DNA from: a virus
Taxonomy: Duplodnaviria > Caudoviricetes
Reading direction: 5' to 3' (one strand)
Length of the DNA: 61,829 nt
IMG/VR virus record: IMGVR_UViG_3300042934_000981
Span: 1-61,829 of that record
In this document: in pieces, positions 9,814-17,836 of the stretch
Layout: each line of letters opens with the position of its first letter
How positions within the stretch are numbered: position 1 is the stretch's first letter
Program-made: the position numbers and the translations under genes
Notes under the pieces: generated by a model
Databases searched by the model: none
The model's input: only the letters and a program-made list of their open reading frames with translations
Told to the model about the DNA's origin: nothing

Positions 9814-11577
9814 ATGAAGTTCAAGATGCCCGAGAGCCTCGATGGTCTCTCGATCGAAGAGCTCGACAAGCTGCACGCCGAGGCGTGGGCCGAGTACACG
9901 AGCATCGCTGCGAAGGACGACGCCGAGGTCACGGACGCCGAACTCGCCGACCTGGACGCGCTGCGCGCCGACCTCGACACGATCGGTGAGGCCCAGACCT
10001 CGCTCGAGACGGCCGCCGAGGACCGCGCATCCAAGCTCGCTGCTGCGCGCAGCCACATCGCCGAGGCAGACGCCGAAGGCGACACCGACGCCGAGGGCGA
10101 CGGAGACGACGACGTCGAGGACGAAGGCGAAGGTGACGCCGAGGGCGCCGCTGACGACGACGTCGAAGACGAGGGCGCCGACGCGGAGGCAGAAACGAAG
10201 GAGAAGGAACTCGTGACCGCTTCCGCGACCCGCCGCAAGACGGCGGCTGCCGCAGCTTCGAAGGCCCCCAAGCCCAACGAGATCATCCCCCCGGCGCCGA
10301 GCGTCGTGCTCGCGGCTGCCGGCCCGATGGCGGGCGGAATCGTGGCCAATCACGAGTTCGGCACGCTGACCGACGTCGCGAAGACGTGGAGCGAGCAGGT
10401 CTCGAAGTCGCCGGCTGCCGGCGCATTCTTCGAGGACCTGCGCGACCTGCGCCCCGTGATGGAGCTCTCCAAGGCTCACTCCCGTGCGGGCTTCCTGAAG
10501 ATCAAGAAGAACGCCGGCGAGTTCACGACGGGTCTGGACGACTCGGTCGAGGCGCAGCTCGCGGTCATCGACGCCGCGGCCGACGAGCGCAAGCGCTTCG
10601 GCTCCGAGGGCCTCGCTCGTCGCGCGGTCGCGGCAGCCGGTGGCTGGTGCGCGCCGTCCGAGACGCTCTACGACTTCTGCTCGTACGAGACGGTCTCGGG
10701 CATCCTCGACATCCCGACGGTCACCATCCGCCGCGGTGGCATCAACTTCACGAAGGGCCCGGACTACGCGTCGATCGCGCCGACCTGGGGCTTCCTGCAG
10801 ACCGAGGCGCAGGCTGAGGCCGGCACCGCGAAGGTCTGCTACGAGGTGGAGTGCCCGCCGTTCGCGGAGACCCGGCTCGACGCCGTGGGCTTCTGCGTCA
10901 CGGCCGGCGTGCTGACGGCATCGCCCGGCGGCTACCCGGAGCTCGTCCGTCGCGTGCTCGAGATCGGCCTCACGGCCCACGCCCACAAGATCAACCGCGA
11001 GGTGATCACTCGTATCCAGACCCTCATCGGCGCAGCGACCAACTACGTCGAGATCGGCGCGGCCACGAGCGACCTCCTGCAGGCGCTCGAGATCGCGGCG
11101 CTCCGCCTTCGCTACTCGCTGGCGATGGCAGAGAACGCGACCGTGGAGGTCGTTCTCCCGCTGTGGGTCAAGGCGGCCATCCGTGCCGACCTGTCGCGCC
11201 GCACCGGCGTGGACATGCTGGCCATCGGCGACGCGGAGATCACGCGCTGGCTGTCGGCTCGCGGCATCCGCGCGCAGTTCGTGTACGACTACCAGGACCT
11301 CGCGACCGGCAACACCGGCGCGTGGACCGCGCTGCCGACCACGCTCGAGTTCATGATGTACCCGGCGGGTGCGTTCATCAAGGGCACCAGCCCGGTGATC
11401 GACCTCGACACCATCTACGACTCGGTGGGCCTGTCGACGAACACCTACACCGCGGCATTCTTCGAGGAGGGCCTCCTCGTCGCCAACCGCTGCGGCTTCG
11501 GCGTCCGCTACTCGGTGGACCTGGGCGCGCTGCAGGGCCGCACGGGTGCCGCCAACATCGGCGAAACCGTCATCTGA
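9814..11577 (+). CDS. major capsid protein with N-terminal acidic scaffold-like domain
   Basis: AAGGWCAPSETLYD, KVCYEVECP motifs; long Asp/Glu/Ala N-terminal region; position. Confidence 0.9.
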   Translation: MKFKMPESLDGLSIEELDKLHAEAWAEYTSIAAKDDAEVTDAELADLDALRADLDTIGEAQTSLETAAEDRASKLAAARSHIAEADAEGDTDAEGDGDDDVEDEGEGDAEGAADDDVEDEGADAEAETKEKELVTASATRRKTAAAAASKAPKPNEIIPPAPSVVLAAAGPMAGGIVANHEFGTLTDVAKTWSEQVSKSPAAGAFFEDLRDLRPVMELSKAHSRAGFLKIKKNAGEFTTGLDDSVEAQLAVIDAAADERKRFGSEGLARRAVAAAGGWCAPSETLYDFCSYETVSGILDIPTVTIRRGGINFTKGPDYASIAPTWGFLQTEAQAEAGTAKVCYEVECPPFAETRLDAVGFCVTAGVLTASPGGYPELVRRVLEIGLTAHAHKINREVITRIQTLIGAATNYVEIGAATSDLLQALEIAALRLRYSLAMAENATVEVVLPLWVKAAIRADLSRRTGVDMLAIGDAEITRWLSARGIRAQFVYDYQDLATGNTGAWTALPTTLEFMMYPAGAFIKGTSPVIDLDTIYDSVGLSTNTYTAAFFEEGLLVANRCGFGVRYSVDLGALQGRTGAANIGETVI

Positions 11578-11642
11578 GTCATACCGGGGGCGTCCTAGCC
11601 CAGGGCGCCCCCGGACTATGACCTCGAGAGGAGGTGGGCACC

Positions 11643-12395
11643 ATGGCAGATCCGACCAACCTCGTCGAAGCGCCGAGGCGACGCCCCCGCAAGGGCGGAA
11701 TCAAGACCGTCGCCAACGTCGTCGAGAACACCGGGCGGATGTTCGCATCCGAGCGGCTCGACTGGCTCGAAGAGGGATGCACTTTCCCCAAGGCCGCTCC
11801 CGGCCTGTGCTGGGGCGAGGTCGTCGCCGCCGCCGACAAGGAGCTCGACGGGATCGGCAACAGCTTCTCGGGGCTCACGTTCGCCGGCTACACCGGCGTC
11901 GAGTGCCTCGACCTGGATGGCGCCGCCGACTTCGAGGCACGCGCACGTCGCGCGCTCGAGCAGGGCGAGGACCGGTTCGTGGAGGCCAAGCTGATCGCGA
12001 TGCTCGCGGCGGCGGATGCCACCCCGACAGCCGGCACCGCCTGGGTCGCGCAGATCGCGGCGGCAGAGGAGGCGGCTGACGCCAACTACCTCGGCCTGCC
12101 GATCTTCGTGATGAGCCGCGAGGACGCTGCGGTCGCGGCAGCTGCCGGCGCTCTGGTCGGAGATCCCGACCAGCCGATGTACACCCGCAACGGTTCGCCC
12201 GTCCTCGCGACGAGCGCGGCCGCATCCGGGACGTTCTACGTCACCGGCGACATCACCCTCTGGATGGGCCCCGTGGCAGCGACCACCGCGACTCACCCGC
12301 AGCAGAACACCGCAATGGCGCTGGCCGAGCGTGCGTACGCGCTCGGCATCGACTGCGACTATGTCGTGGCCTACGGCGTCACGATCGCACCGTAG
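11643..12395 (+). CDS. virion structural protein
   Basis: GAGGAGG RBS; follows capsid gene; ALAERAY..DC C-terminus. Confidence 0.7.
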   Translation: MADPTNLVEAPRRRPRKGGIKTVANVVENTGRMFASERLDWLEEGCTFPKAAPGLCWGEVVAAADKELDGIGNSFSGLTFAGYTGVECLDLDGAADFEARARRALEQGEDRFVEAKLIAMLAAADATPTAGTAWVAQIAAAEEAADANYLGLPIFVMSREDAAVAAAAGALVGDPDQPMYTRNGSPVLATSAAASGTFYVTGDITLWMGPVAATTATHPQQNTAMALAERAYALGIDCDYVVAYGVTIAP

Positions 12396-12404
12396 GAGCA
12401 GATC

Positions 12405-12881
12405 ATGGCTGAGAACGAAGAGACCCAGGAAGAGCGAGAGCTCAACGTGCTCGGCGAAGCCTTCATCGCCGGCCGCTCGCGTGCGAACGCGCAGCGCGCC
12501 CTCGATGCGGCGGATGCCGTGGAGATCTCGCAGGTGCGCGTGCGCGCCGTGCGCGACGGCTACTTCGCACCGCCCGAGGTGGTCGACAAGTACGCCGAGA
12601 TGCTGCAGGCGGAAGAGGAGGAGGCGGCCGCTGCGAAGGCGGACGCTGACGCCGAAGCCGCAGCGAAGGCCGAGGCCGATGCCGAGGCCGCTCGCAACCC
12701 CGACGAGACGGCGAACGCCGAGACGCCTGCCGAACCCGAGGTCCCGACCTCGAAGTGGAGCGTGAAGCAGATCGACGACTGGGCCGCGAACCAGACCCCG
12801 CCCATCGTCTTCGACGAAGGCGCCGTCAAGGCCGACAAGCTCCGCGCGATCGAGACCGCGGTGAATCAGAAGAAGGAGTAG
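12405..12881 (+). CDS. hypothetical protein with C-terminal HeH/Rho-N-like motif
   Basis: AGGAG RBS; Ala/Glu linker then WSVKQIDDWA...KADKLRAI. Confidence 0.65.
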   Translation: MAENEETQEERELNVLGEAFIAGRSRANAQRALDAADAVEISQVRVRAVRDGYFAPPEVVDKYAEMLQAEEEEAAAAKADADAEAAAKAEADAEAARNPDETANAETPAEPEVPTSKWSVKQIDDWAANQTPPIVFDEGAVKADKLRAIETAVNQKKE

Positions 12882-12884
12882 GCA

Positions 12885-13814
12885 ATGCCCACGAAGTGCA
12901 TCAGCCTCGTTCGCGGTCGTCGCATCCGCCTCACGCGCCTGGACGGCTGCGGTCGTCCGGTGTACGGCGAGGCGTCGACGGTCGTGAGCAAGGGCTTCAT
13001 CAGCGTCGCGTTCACCGCGAACACGACGGAGACCGAGGAGATCAACGTCACCAACGCCGCCGGCGAGGTGTGCGTGTTCGAGCCGGCGACCACGACCCTC
13101 ACGGGCTACTCGGTCGAGGTCCAGTTCTGCGAGGTGGACCCCGAGCTGCTCGCTCTGGTCACCGGCCAGGACGTCTACATCGACGCGTTTGGCAACGTCG
13201 TCGGATTCAAGGTCAACACGAAGGTCGACCTCGAGGGCCAGGGCTTCGCGCTCGAGCTCTGGGCGGGCGCCGGCAACTCCGACGCGTGTGCGACCGAGGG
13301 GGCGCAGGGCAGCTACGGCTACCTGCTCCTGCCGTACCTCAAGGGCGGCATCCTCGGCGACTTCACGGTGGAGGGGACCAACGTCACCTTCACGATCACC
13401 GGAGCGGCCACTCGCGACGGCAACAACTGGGGTGTCGGTCCGCACCCGGACGTCATGCTGACGGCCGGCTCGCTCCCCGGGCCCCTCGTCGAGGCGCTCG
13501 AGGCAGACGACCACCTGCTCACGATCATCACGCAGGTGGCACCGCCCGAGGCCCTCTGCGGCACCCGTCCGCTGCTCGACCCGAGCGCGACCGCGATCAC
13601 CTCGATCGCGGGCGTCGCAACCGGTCTGGACGTCGACTTCGACACCACGCCGCCCGCTGAGGACCCGGTCTACTGGGACTTCGGCGATGGCACGTGGGAC
13701 TACGTCGCCGCACCCGGAGATGCCTCGCACACCTACGCGGCGGCGGGCACGTACACCGTGCGCGCTTCCACCAACGGCGTGTGGCAGACGACCAGCGTCA
13801 CGGTCTCTGCCTGA
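12885..13814 (+). CDS. major tail protein with C-terminal PKD (Ig-like) domain
   Basis: RLTRLDGCG, FCEVDPEL, FALELW; WDFGDG...HTYAAAGTYTV PKD signature. Confidence 0.9.
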   Translation: MPTKCISLVRGRRIRLTRLDGCGRPVYGEASTVVSKGFISVAFTANTTETEEINVTNAAGEVCVFEPATTTLTGYSVEVQFCEVDPELLALVTGQDVYIDAFGNVVGFKVNTKVDLEGQGFALELWAGAGNSDACATEGAQGSYGYLLLPYLKGGILGDFTVEGTNVTFTITGAATRDGNNWGVGPHPDVMLTAGSLPGPLVEALEADDHLLTIITQVAPPEALCGTRPLLDPSATAITSIAGVATGLDVDFDTTPPAEDPVYWDFGDGTWDYVAAPGDASHTYAAAGTYTVRASTNGVWQTTSVTVSA

Positions 13815-13825
13815 CGCTGGCCACA

Positions 13826-13866
13826 CGAAAGCCCCTCACCCGTTGCTCCCGGGTGAGGGGCTTTCG
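13826..13866. terminator. bidirectional intrinsic terminator
   Basis: perfect 17-bp stem CGAAAGCCCCTCACCCG-7-CGGGTGAGGGGCTTTCG between convergent major tail and Ro60 genes. Confidence 0.85.
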
Positions 13867-13871
13867 CTTGC

Positions 13872-15446
13872 TCAGAAACCGCGGCTGAACTCGGTCAGCA
13901 GGGCCGGCACGTCGGCGCCGAATCCTGCGATGTCGAGCATGCCCGGGTCCTTCGGGTCCGCGATCGAGAACCGCGTGGCCGTGGTGGCCAGCACTGCCAG
14001 CTTCGCCGGGATGCCCGTCTCGCGACGGTAGCGGCGCAGCACGTCCGGGACGTGGTAGCCCTGGTTCACCTCGTTGTCCGTGATCATCACGAACGTGTCG
14101 ACCGGGATCTGCTTCGCCCGTGCGTACTCGATCAGCGCGCTCGGCTCGGTCGCGTTCCACCGTCGGCCGTGCTCGCGAGCGATCTGCATCGCGTTCTCGA
14201 GCGTGGTCAGCTTGTGGATCCCGATCTCGGTCACGCCGCTCGCGAAGCCCACCGCGAGGGATGCCGGCTCGGAGACGATGATCTTCATGGCGAGGACCAT
14301 CGCGATCTCCGAGTTCATCAGCCCGACCGGCGTGAGGGACCACATGGACGGGCTGACGTCGACGCCGACGAGCGTGCGCTTGCCGGCAGCCGGCGCCGTC
14401 TCGAACGCCTTGTAGAAGGCCGCGTTGAGCGCCTCGACGATGCCCATGTTCGGCGTGAACGTGCCGCCGGAGCGGCGCGAGCCCTCGCCGTAGGACCGCA
14501 GCGCCATCATGATCGCGAGCGGGTGCAGGCGAGCACGACGCAGCGCCTCCTCGTCGTTGAACAGCCGGCGCACAGCGCGCGCGGCATCGTTCGAGAAGTA
14601 GCTGTCGAAGACGCCGACCTGCGTCATGCGGCTCAGCTGACGGAGCATCGCGCCCATCGGCAGGCGCCCCTTCGCGATGAGCAGCTCCCAGGTCTTCGGG
14701 TCGCGCAGCACGTCGTCCGGCAGCATCTCCCACGACGCGCCGGCGTCGATGAGCTCCGCGGCCGGCCGCTTCTCCTCGAGCGCCCGGATCAGCGTCGGCA
14801 CGGATGCGCTGACCATGAGGTGCTGGCCGCGAGCCCACTGCAGAGCCTTCTCGTGAGTGCCCGGGACCTCGCCCTTGAGCGCGTGGCTCATGTCGATGAG
14901 GTCCTTCTGGCTCCACCCGTCGCGCTGGCCGTACTTCGCCAGCTGGTACGTGAGCGAGTCGGCGTCGCGACCGAGGTACCAGTCGGCGACCGCCCGGCGC
15001 CAGGAGCGGCTCACGCCGCCGCCGAGCGCCTTGTGGTAGCGCGCCCACATCAGCAGGTGGCTGCCGGTGCGGACGATCCGACCGAACTCACGGTACGCGG
15101 CCGCACGCGCCTCGCCCGGCTCGGCCGTGCAGGCCGCGAGCGCGAAGAGCTGCGGGTTCACCTTCGGCGCCAGGCCGCGCTCGGAGACATCGGCGATGAG
15201 CTCCACGAGCTCGAGCGGCTTCTCCGCCGCCAGCTGGAAGATGATGTCGGCGTTCTCGCGAGTGTACTCGCGCTCGCCCTGGTAGAACGTGCCGCCCTCG
15301 GTGCCGATGATCAGGAAGCGTCGAGCCGCCGCGAGCAGCGAGATCTCGAACACCGCGCCGCCGTCGTGGTTCTTGACGGTGCCCGGGATCGTGTCGGTGG
15401 CCGAGCGCGGTCCTGCCGCTCGCGTGAATGCGTCGTTGCGTGCCAT
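13872..15446 (-). CDS. rsr: Ro60/Rsr orthologue (TROVE + vWA RNA-binding protein)
   Basis: 524 aa; KN..GG..F, RRFLIIGTEGGTFY, KYGQRDGWSQKDL, LPMGAMLRQLSRM, ARLHP; vWA MIDAS DVSPS, ITDNE, MLDIAGF; GAAGGAG RBS. Confidence 0.95.
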   Translation of the reverse strand: MARNDAFTRAAGPRSATDTIPGTVKNHDGGAVFEISLLAAARRFLIIGTEGGTFYQGEREYTRENADIIFQLAAEKPLELVELIADVSERGLAPKVNPQLFALAACTAEPGEARAAAYREFGRIVRTGSHLLMWARYHKALGGGVSRSWRRAVADWYLGRDADSLTYQLAKYGQRDGWSQKDLIDMSHALKGEVPGTHEKALQWARGQHLMVSASVPTLIRALEEKRPAAELIDAGASWEMLPDDVLRDPKTWELLIAKGRLPMGAMLRQLSRMTQVGVFDSYFSNDAARAVRRLFNDEEALRRARLHPLAIMMALRSYGEGSRRSGGTFTPNMGIVEALNAAFYKAFETAPAAGKRTLVGVDVSPSMWSLTPVGLMNSEIAMVLAMKIIVSEPASLAVGFASGVTEIGIHKLTTLENAMQIAREHGRRWNATEPSALIEYARAKQIPVDTFVMITDNEVNQGYHVPDVLRRYRRETGIPAKLAVLATTATRFSIADPKDPGMLDIAGFGADVPALLTEFSRGF

Positions 15447-15472
15447 GAGGTTGCTCCTTCGGTGGGAATGAC

Positions 15473-15505
15473 GAAGCGCCCCGACACTGACCGTCGGAGC
15501 GCTTC
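15473..15505 (-). terminator. 13-bp hairpin between the Y RNA array and the Ro60 RBS (attenuator or processing site?)
   Basis: GAAGCGCUCCGAC-GGUCAGU-GUCGGGGCGCUUC on the - strand. Confidence 0.5.
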
Positions 15506-15583
15506 TGGGCCTTGGCCGTCACACACTGTGGGAGCAGCGTGCGCATCGGACCTCGTGGGGCGAGGTGTCAGTCCAAAGATGAA

Positions 15584-15649
15584 GCGCGGATATGGGAGTG
15601 CGACCGGGAGGATCTACCAGAAAGATAACCGATCGCGTGCGACCCGCAC
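15584..15649 (-). ncRNA. Y RNA-like copy 4 (minimal, about 66 nt, no tRNA-like domain)
   Basis: GUGCGG/CCGCGC outer stem, GUCG/CAUAU, GCGAUCGG/CCGGUCGC inner stem, UCGGUUAUC motif. Confidence 0.75.
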
Positions 15650-15655
15650 GTAGGG

Positions 15656-15803
15656 TTCAACGGATGTGGGGTGAGGCCGGGAAGGGCTTGCGCCCCAGGG
15701 TCTTAGGCCACTAGACGACGTCGTCACCGAAGTGACGCCGGCGGGATTCGAACCCGCGTACCCGCTATGCGAGAGATAACCGACGCTCGATCGACCCGTT
15801 GAA
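15656..15803 (-). ncRNA. yrlA: YrlA-class Y RNA copy 3 (permuted tRNA-Glu-like)
   Basis: UUCAACGG/CCGUUGAA stem; T arm GCGGG-UUCGAAU-CCCGC, then acceptor-like stem closed by UUCG, then D arm GUC-UAGUGGCCUAA-GAC. Confidence 0.85.
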
Positions 15804-15808
15804 AGGGG

Positions 15809-15939
15809 TTCCTGGATATGGGGTGACACCGGGATTAAGTGCTCTGCCGCTGAGCTACCGGGGACATCAGTCCTCGGGCGGGATTCGAACCCGCGACCCC
15901 TCCATTAACAGTGGTAACCGATGTCGGTCGACCCAGGAA
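15809..15939 (-). ncRNA. yrlA: YrlA-class Y RNA copy 2 (permuted tRNA-Asn-like)
   Basis: UUCCUGG/CCAGGAA stem; T arm GCGGG-UUCGAAU-CCCGC, acceptor-like CCGAGGAC-UGAU-GUCCCCGG, D arm UA-GCUC-AGCGGCA-GAGC. Confidence 0.88.
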
Positions 15940-15945
15940 GTGTGT

Positions 15946-16076
15946 GCAGCGGATGTGGTGAGGAACCGGATGCGCTCCGTGAGGAGCGTCCCCAAGCCAA
16001 GGGGAAACGGTGGAGGCTTGCGCCCACTCACCGACGGGAGTCGAACCTGCGATAACCGATTCTCGCGACCCGCTGC
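15946..16076 (-). ncRNA. Y RNA-like copy 1 (divergent tRNA-like domain)
   Basis: GCAGCGG/CCGCUGC stem, GUCG/CACAU, UCGGUUAUC, T-loop GGUUCGACUCC, three further hairpins. Confidence 0.8.
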
Positions 16077-16106
16077 GAAGTCTCTGTGTAGTTTTCCGGG
16101 GTACTC

Positions 16107-16135
16107 AATGTATCGCGCACCTGCCGAGCCCGCAA
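16107..16135 (-). promoter_or_regulatory. sigma70-type promoter of the Y RNA-Ro60 cassette
   Basis: TTGCGG-17-TACATT on the - strand, about 30 nt upstream of copy 1. Confidence 0.7.
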
Positions 16136-16199
16136 GTCTATCTCGCTACGGAGTTGCGCGCAGTGAGAGAATGACCCCGACCACTGACACGGAGGCACC

Positions 16200-17300
16200 A
16201 TGAGCACCGTCTGCTACCCCCCGGGCACCGACTGGTCGTGCAGCGGCCTCTCGGACGAAGAGATCGCCGCGCTCGACCCCGATCGTGTCGCCATGGCCGA
16301 GGGGCTGGCGTGGATGACGCTGTCGGCGCTGTCGGGCGGGCAGATCGCATACTGTCCCATCACGATCCGCCCGTGCACCGCCAGCTGCGCGCCCCCCGGG
16401 ACCTGGCTGGTCGCGCCCGTCGGCGCCGGCGCGCTCGCATCGCTCGGCACGCTGCGGACTGCCGGCTTCCAGCCGAACATGCGCAACGGCGTCTGGTACA
16501 ACTCGTGCGGCTGCGGCCAGGGCTCGGGCTGCGGCTGCGGCCAGATGCCTGTGGTCGAGCTGCCCGGTCCGGTCGGCGGCATCGTGTCGGTCACCATCGA
16601 CGGCGCCGAGCTCGACCCGAGCGCCTACCGCGTCGACAACGGCAGGCTGCTCGTGCGGCAGGATGGCGGGGTCTGGCCCACCCACCAGAACCTCGCGAAT
16701 CCGTCGCCCACCCAGTACGAGCCGATCGTCATCGAGGGCAACGCCGGACCCATCACGCTCACCCGGAACGGGCAGACGGTGGAGGTGCGGGCCGAGGTCA
16801 CCGACGATGGGAGCACCTACGCGCCGGCCGGCACCAACCCGTGGCCCCCGAGCGAGTACGTCCAGTTCGACCTCGTCACGCTGTACGACGACGGCGAGAT
16901 AGTGATGTATGGCGCCACCGGCGACATCGGTAAGACGGTCACGGGCACGTATCAGACGGTCGCCCCGTCGGACGGCCTGGACGTGACCGGCGTCTTCGAG
17001 GTGACCTACTACCTCGGGGTGGCCCCGAACAATGTCACGCTCGCAGCAGCCGGCGCGCTGGCGGGCGAGTGGTACAAGGCGTGTGGCGGTGACGCGTGCG
17101 CCCTGCCGGCCAACGCGATCAGCGTGAGCCGGCAGGGCGTCTCGATGGAGCTGCAGGCCGGCATCTTCCCCGGCGGAAAGACGAACATCCCGATCGTCGA
17201 CGGACTGCTCGAGGTCTACAACCCGCATGGGCTGAGGTCGGCGCCGGTGATCGCGTCGCCCGACACCCTCCGTCCGCGCATGACCACCGTGAGGGGCTGA
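16200..17300 (+). CDS. head-to-tail adaptor
   Basis: GGAGG RBS; CPITIRPC, LPGPVGGIVSVTIDG..L..SAYRVDNG.LLVRQDG..WP, C.LP...SVSRQGVS. Confidence 0.8.
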   Translation: MSTVCYPPGTDWSCSGLSDEEIAALDPDRVAMAEGLAWMTLSALSGGQIAYCPITIRPCTASCAPPGTWLVAPVGAGALASLGTLRTAGFQPNMRNGVWYNSCGCGQGSGCGCGQMPVVELPGPVGGIVSVTIDGAELDPSAYRVDNGRLLVRQDGGVWPTHQNLANPSPTQYEPIVIEGNAGPITLTRNGQTVEVRAEVTDDGSTYAPAGTNPWPPSEYVQFDLVTLYDDGEIVMYGATGDIGKTVTGTYQTVAPSDGLDVTGVFEVTYYLGVAPNNVTLAAAGALAGEWYKACGGDACALPANAISVSRQGVSMELQAGIFPGGKTNIPIVDGLLEVYNPHGLRSAPVIASPDTLRPRMTTVRG

Positions 17301-17301
17301 G

Positions 17302-17835
17302 TTGCCGTACAACGAGGATCTCAAGATCTACCCGATCATCATCGATCTCGTCGCCTGTCTGTGCGAGGAGATCTCGGCTCGGGAGCTTCCCGCCGTCTGC
17401 CGGTGCGCGCCGATGCCGGGCGCATCCGCCGTGCTCGACTTCGGCCCGGGGAACCTGCGCTCCGGCAACGGCCAGGCGTGGGTCCGGTATGCCGGCTCCG
17501 CGCCGACTGCCGTGGCAGCCGGTGGCGGCGGTGTCTTCGACGCGGCACCGTGCGCCGGCGAGCGGATCTACGAGCTCGAGGTCGGGATCTCGCGGTGCGA
17601 GCCGGCCGGCACCACGGTGAACAACGCCTACACGCCGCCGACGGCCGAGCAGCAGCTCGAGTCCGTTCGGCTCGCGGCCGCGGATGCCGCAGCCATGGAG
17701 GCTGCCGTGTGCTGCCTGCGCAAGAGGCTCGGCACTGACGGTGACGTGGTCGTGGGGATCGGCGCGACGCAGCCGCTCGAGTCTTCCGGCGGCGTCGGCG
17801 GGTCGACGCTGCAGGTCTTCATCCAGCGAGCCTGA
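17302..17835 (+). CDS. tail terminator-like protein
   Basis: GQAWVR, ELEVGISRC, GGVGG motifs; position; TTG start uncertain. Confidence 0.65.
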   Translation: MPYNEDLKIYPIIIDLVACLCEEISARELPAVCRCAPMPGASAVLDFGPGNLRSGNGQAWVRYAGSAPTAVAAGGGGVFDAAPCAGERIYELEVGISRCEPAGTTVNNAYTPPTAEQQLESVRLAAADAAAMEAAVCCLRKRLGTDGDVVVGIGATQPLESSGGVGGSTLQVFIQRA

Positions 17836-17836
17836 C

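Noticed and set aside
15656-16076. Three canonical tRNA genes (GGTTCGA T-loops)
   Set aside because: T arm precedes D arm, acceptor strands are joined by a loop and there is no CCA end; these are permuted Y RNA-type mimics
15584-16076. CRISPR array
   Set aside because: Shared motifs are short, split and structural, not identical direct repeats with uniform spacers
16080-16100. boxA-like antitermination site (GGAAAACTACACAG) in the Y RNA leader
   Set aside because: Only loose resemblance to actinobacterial rrn leader motifs; single instance
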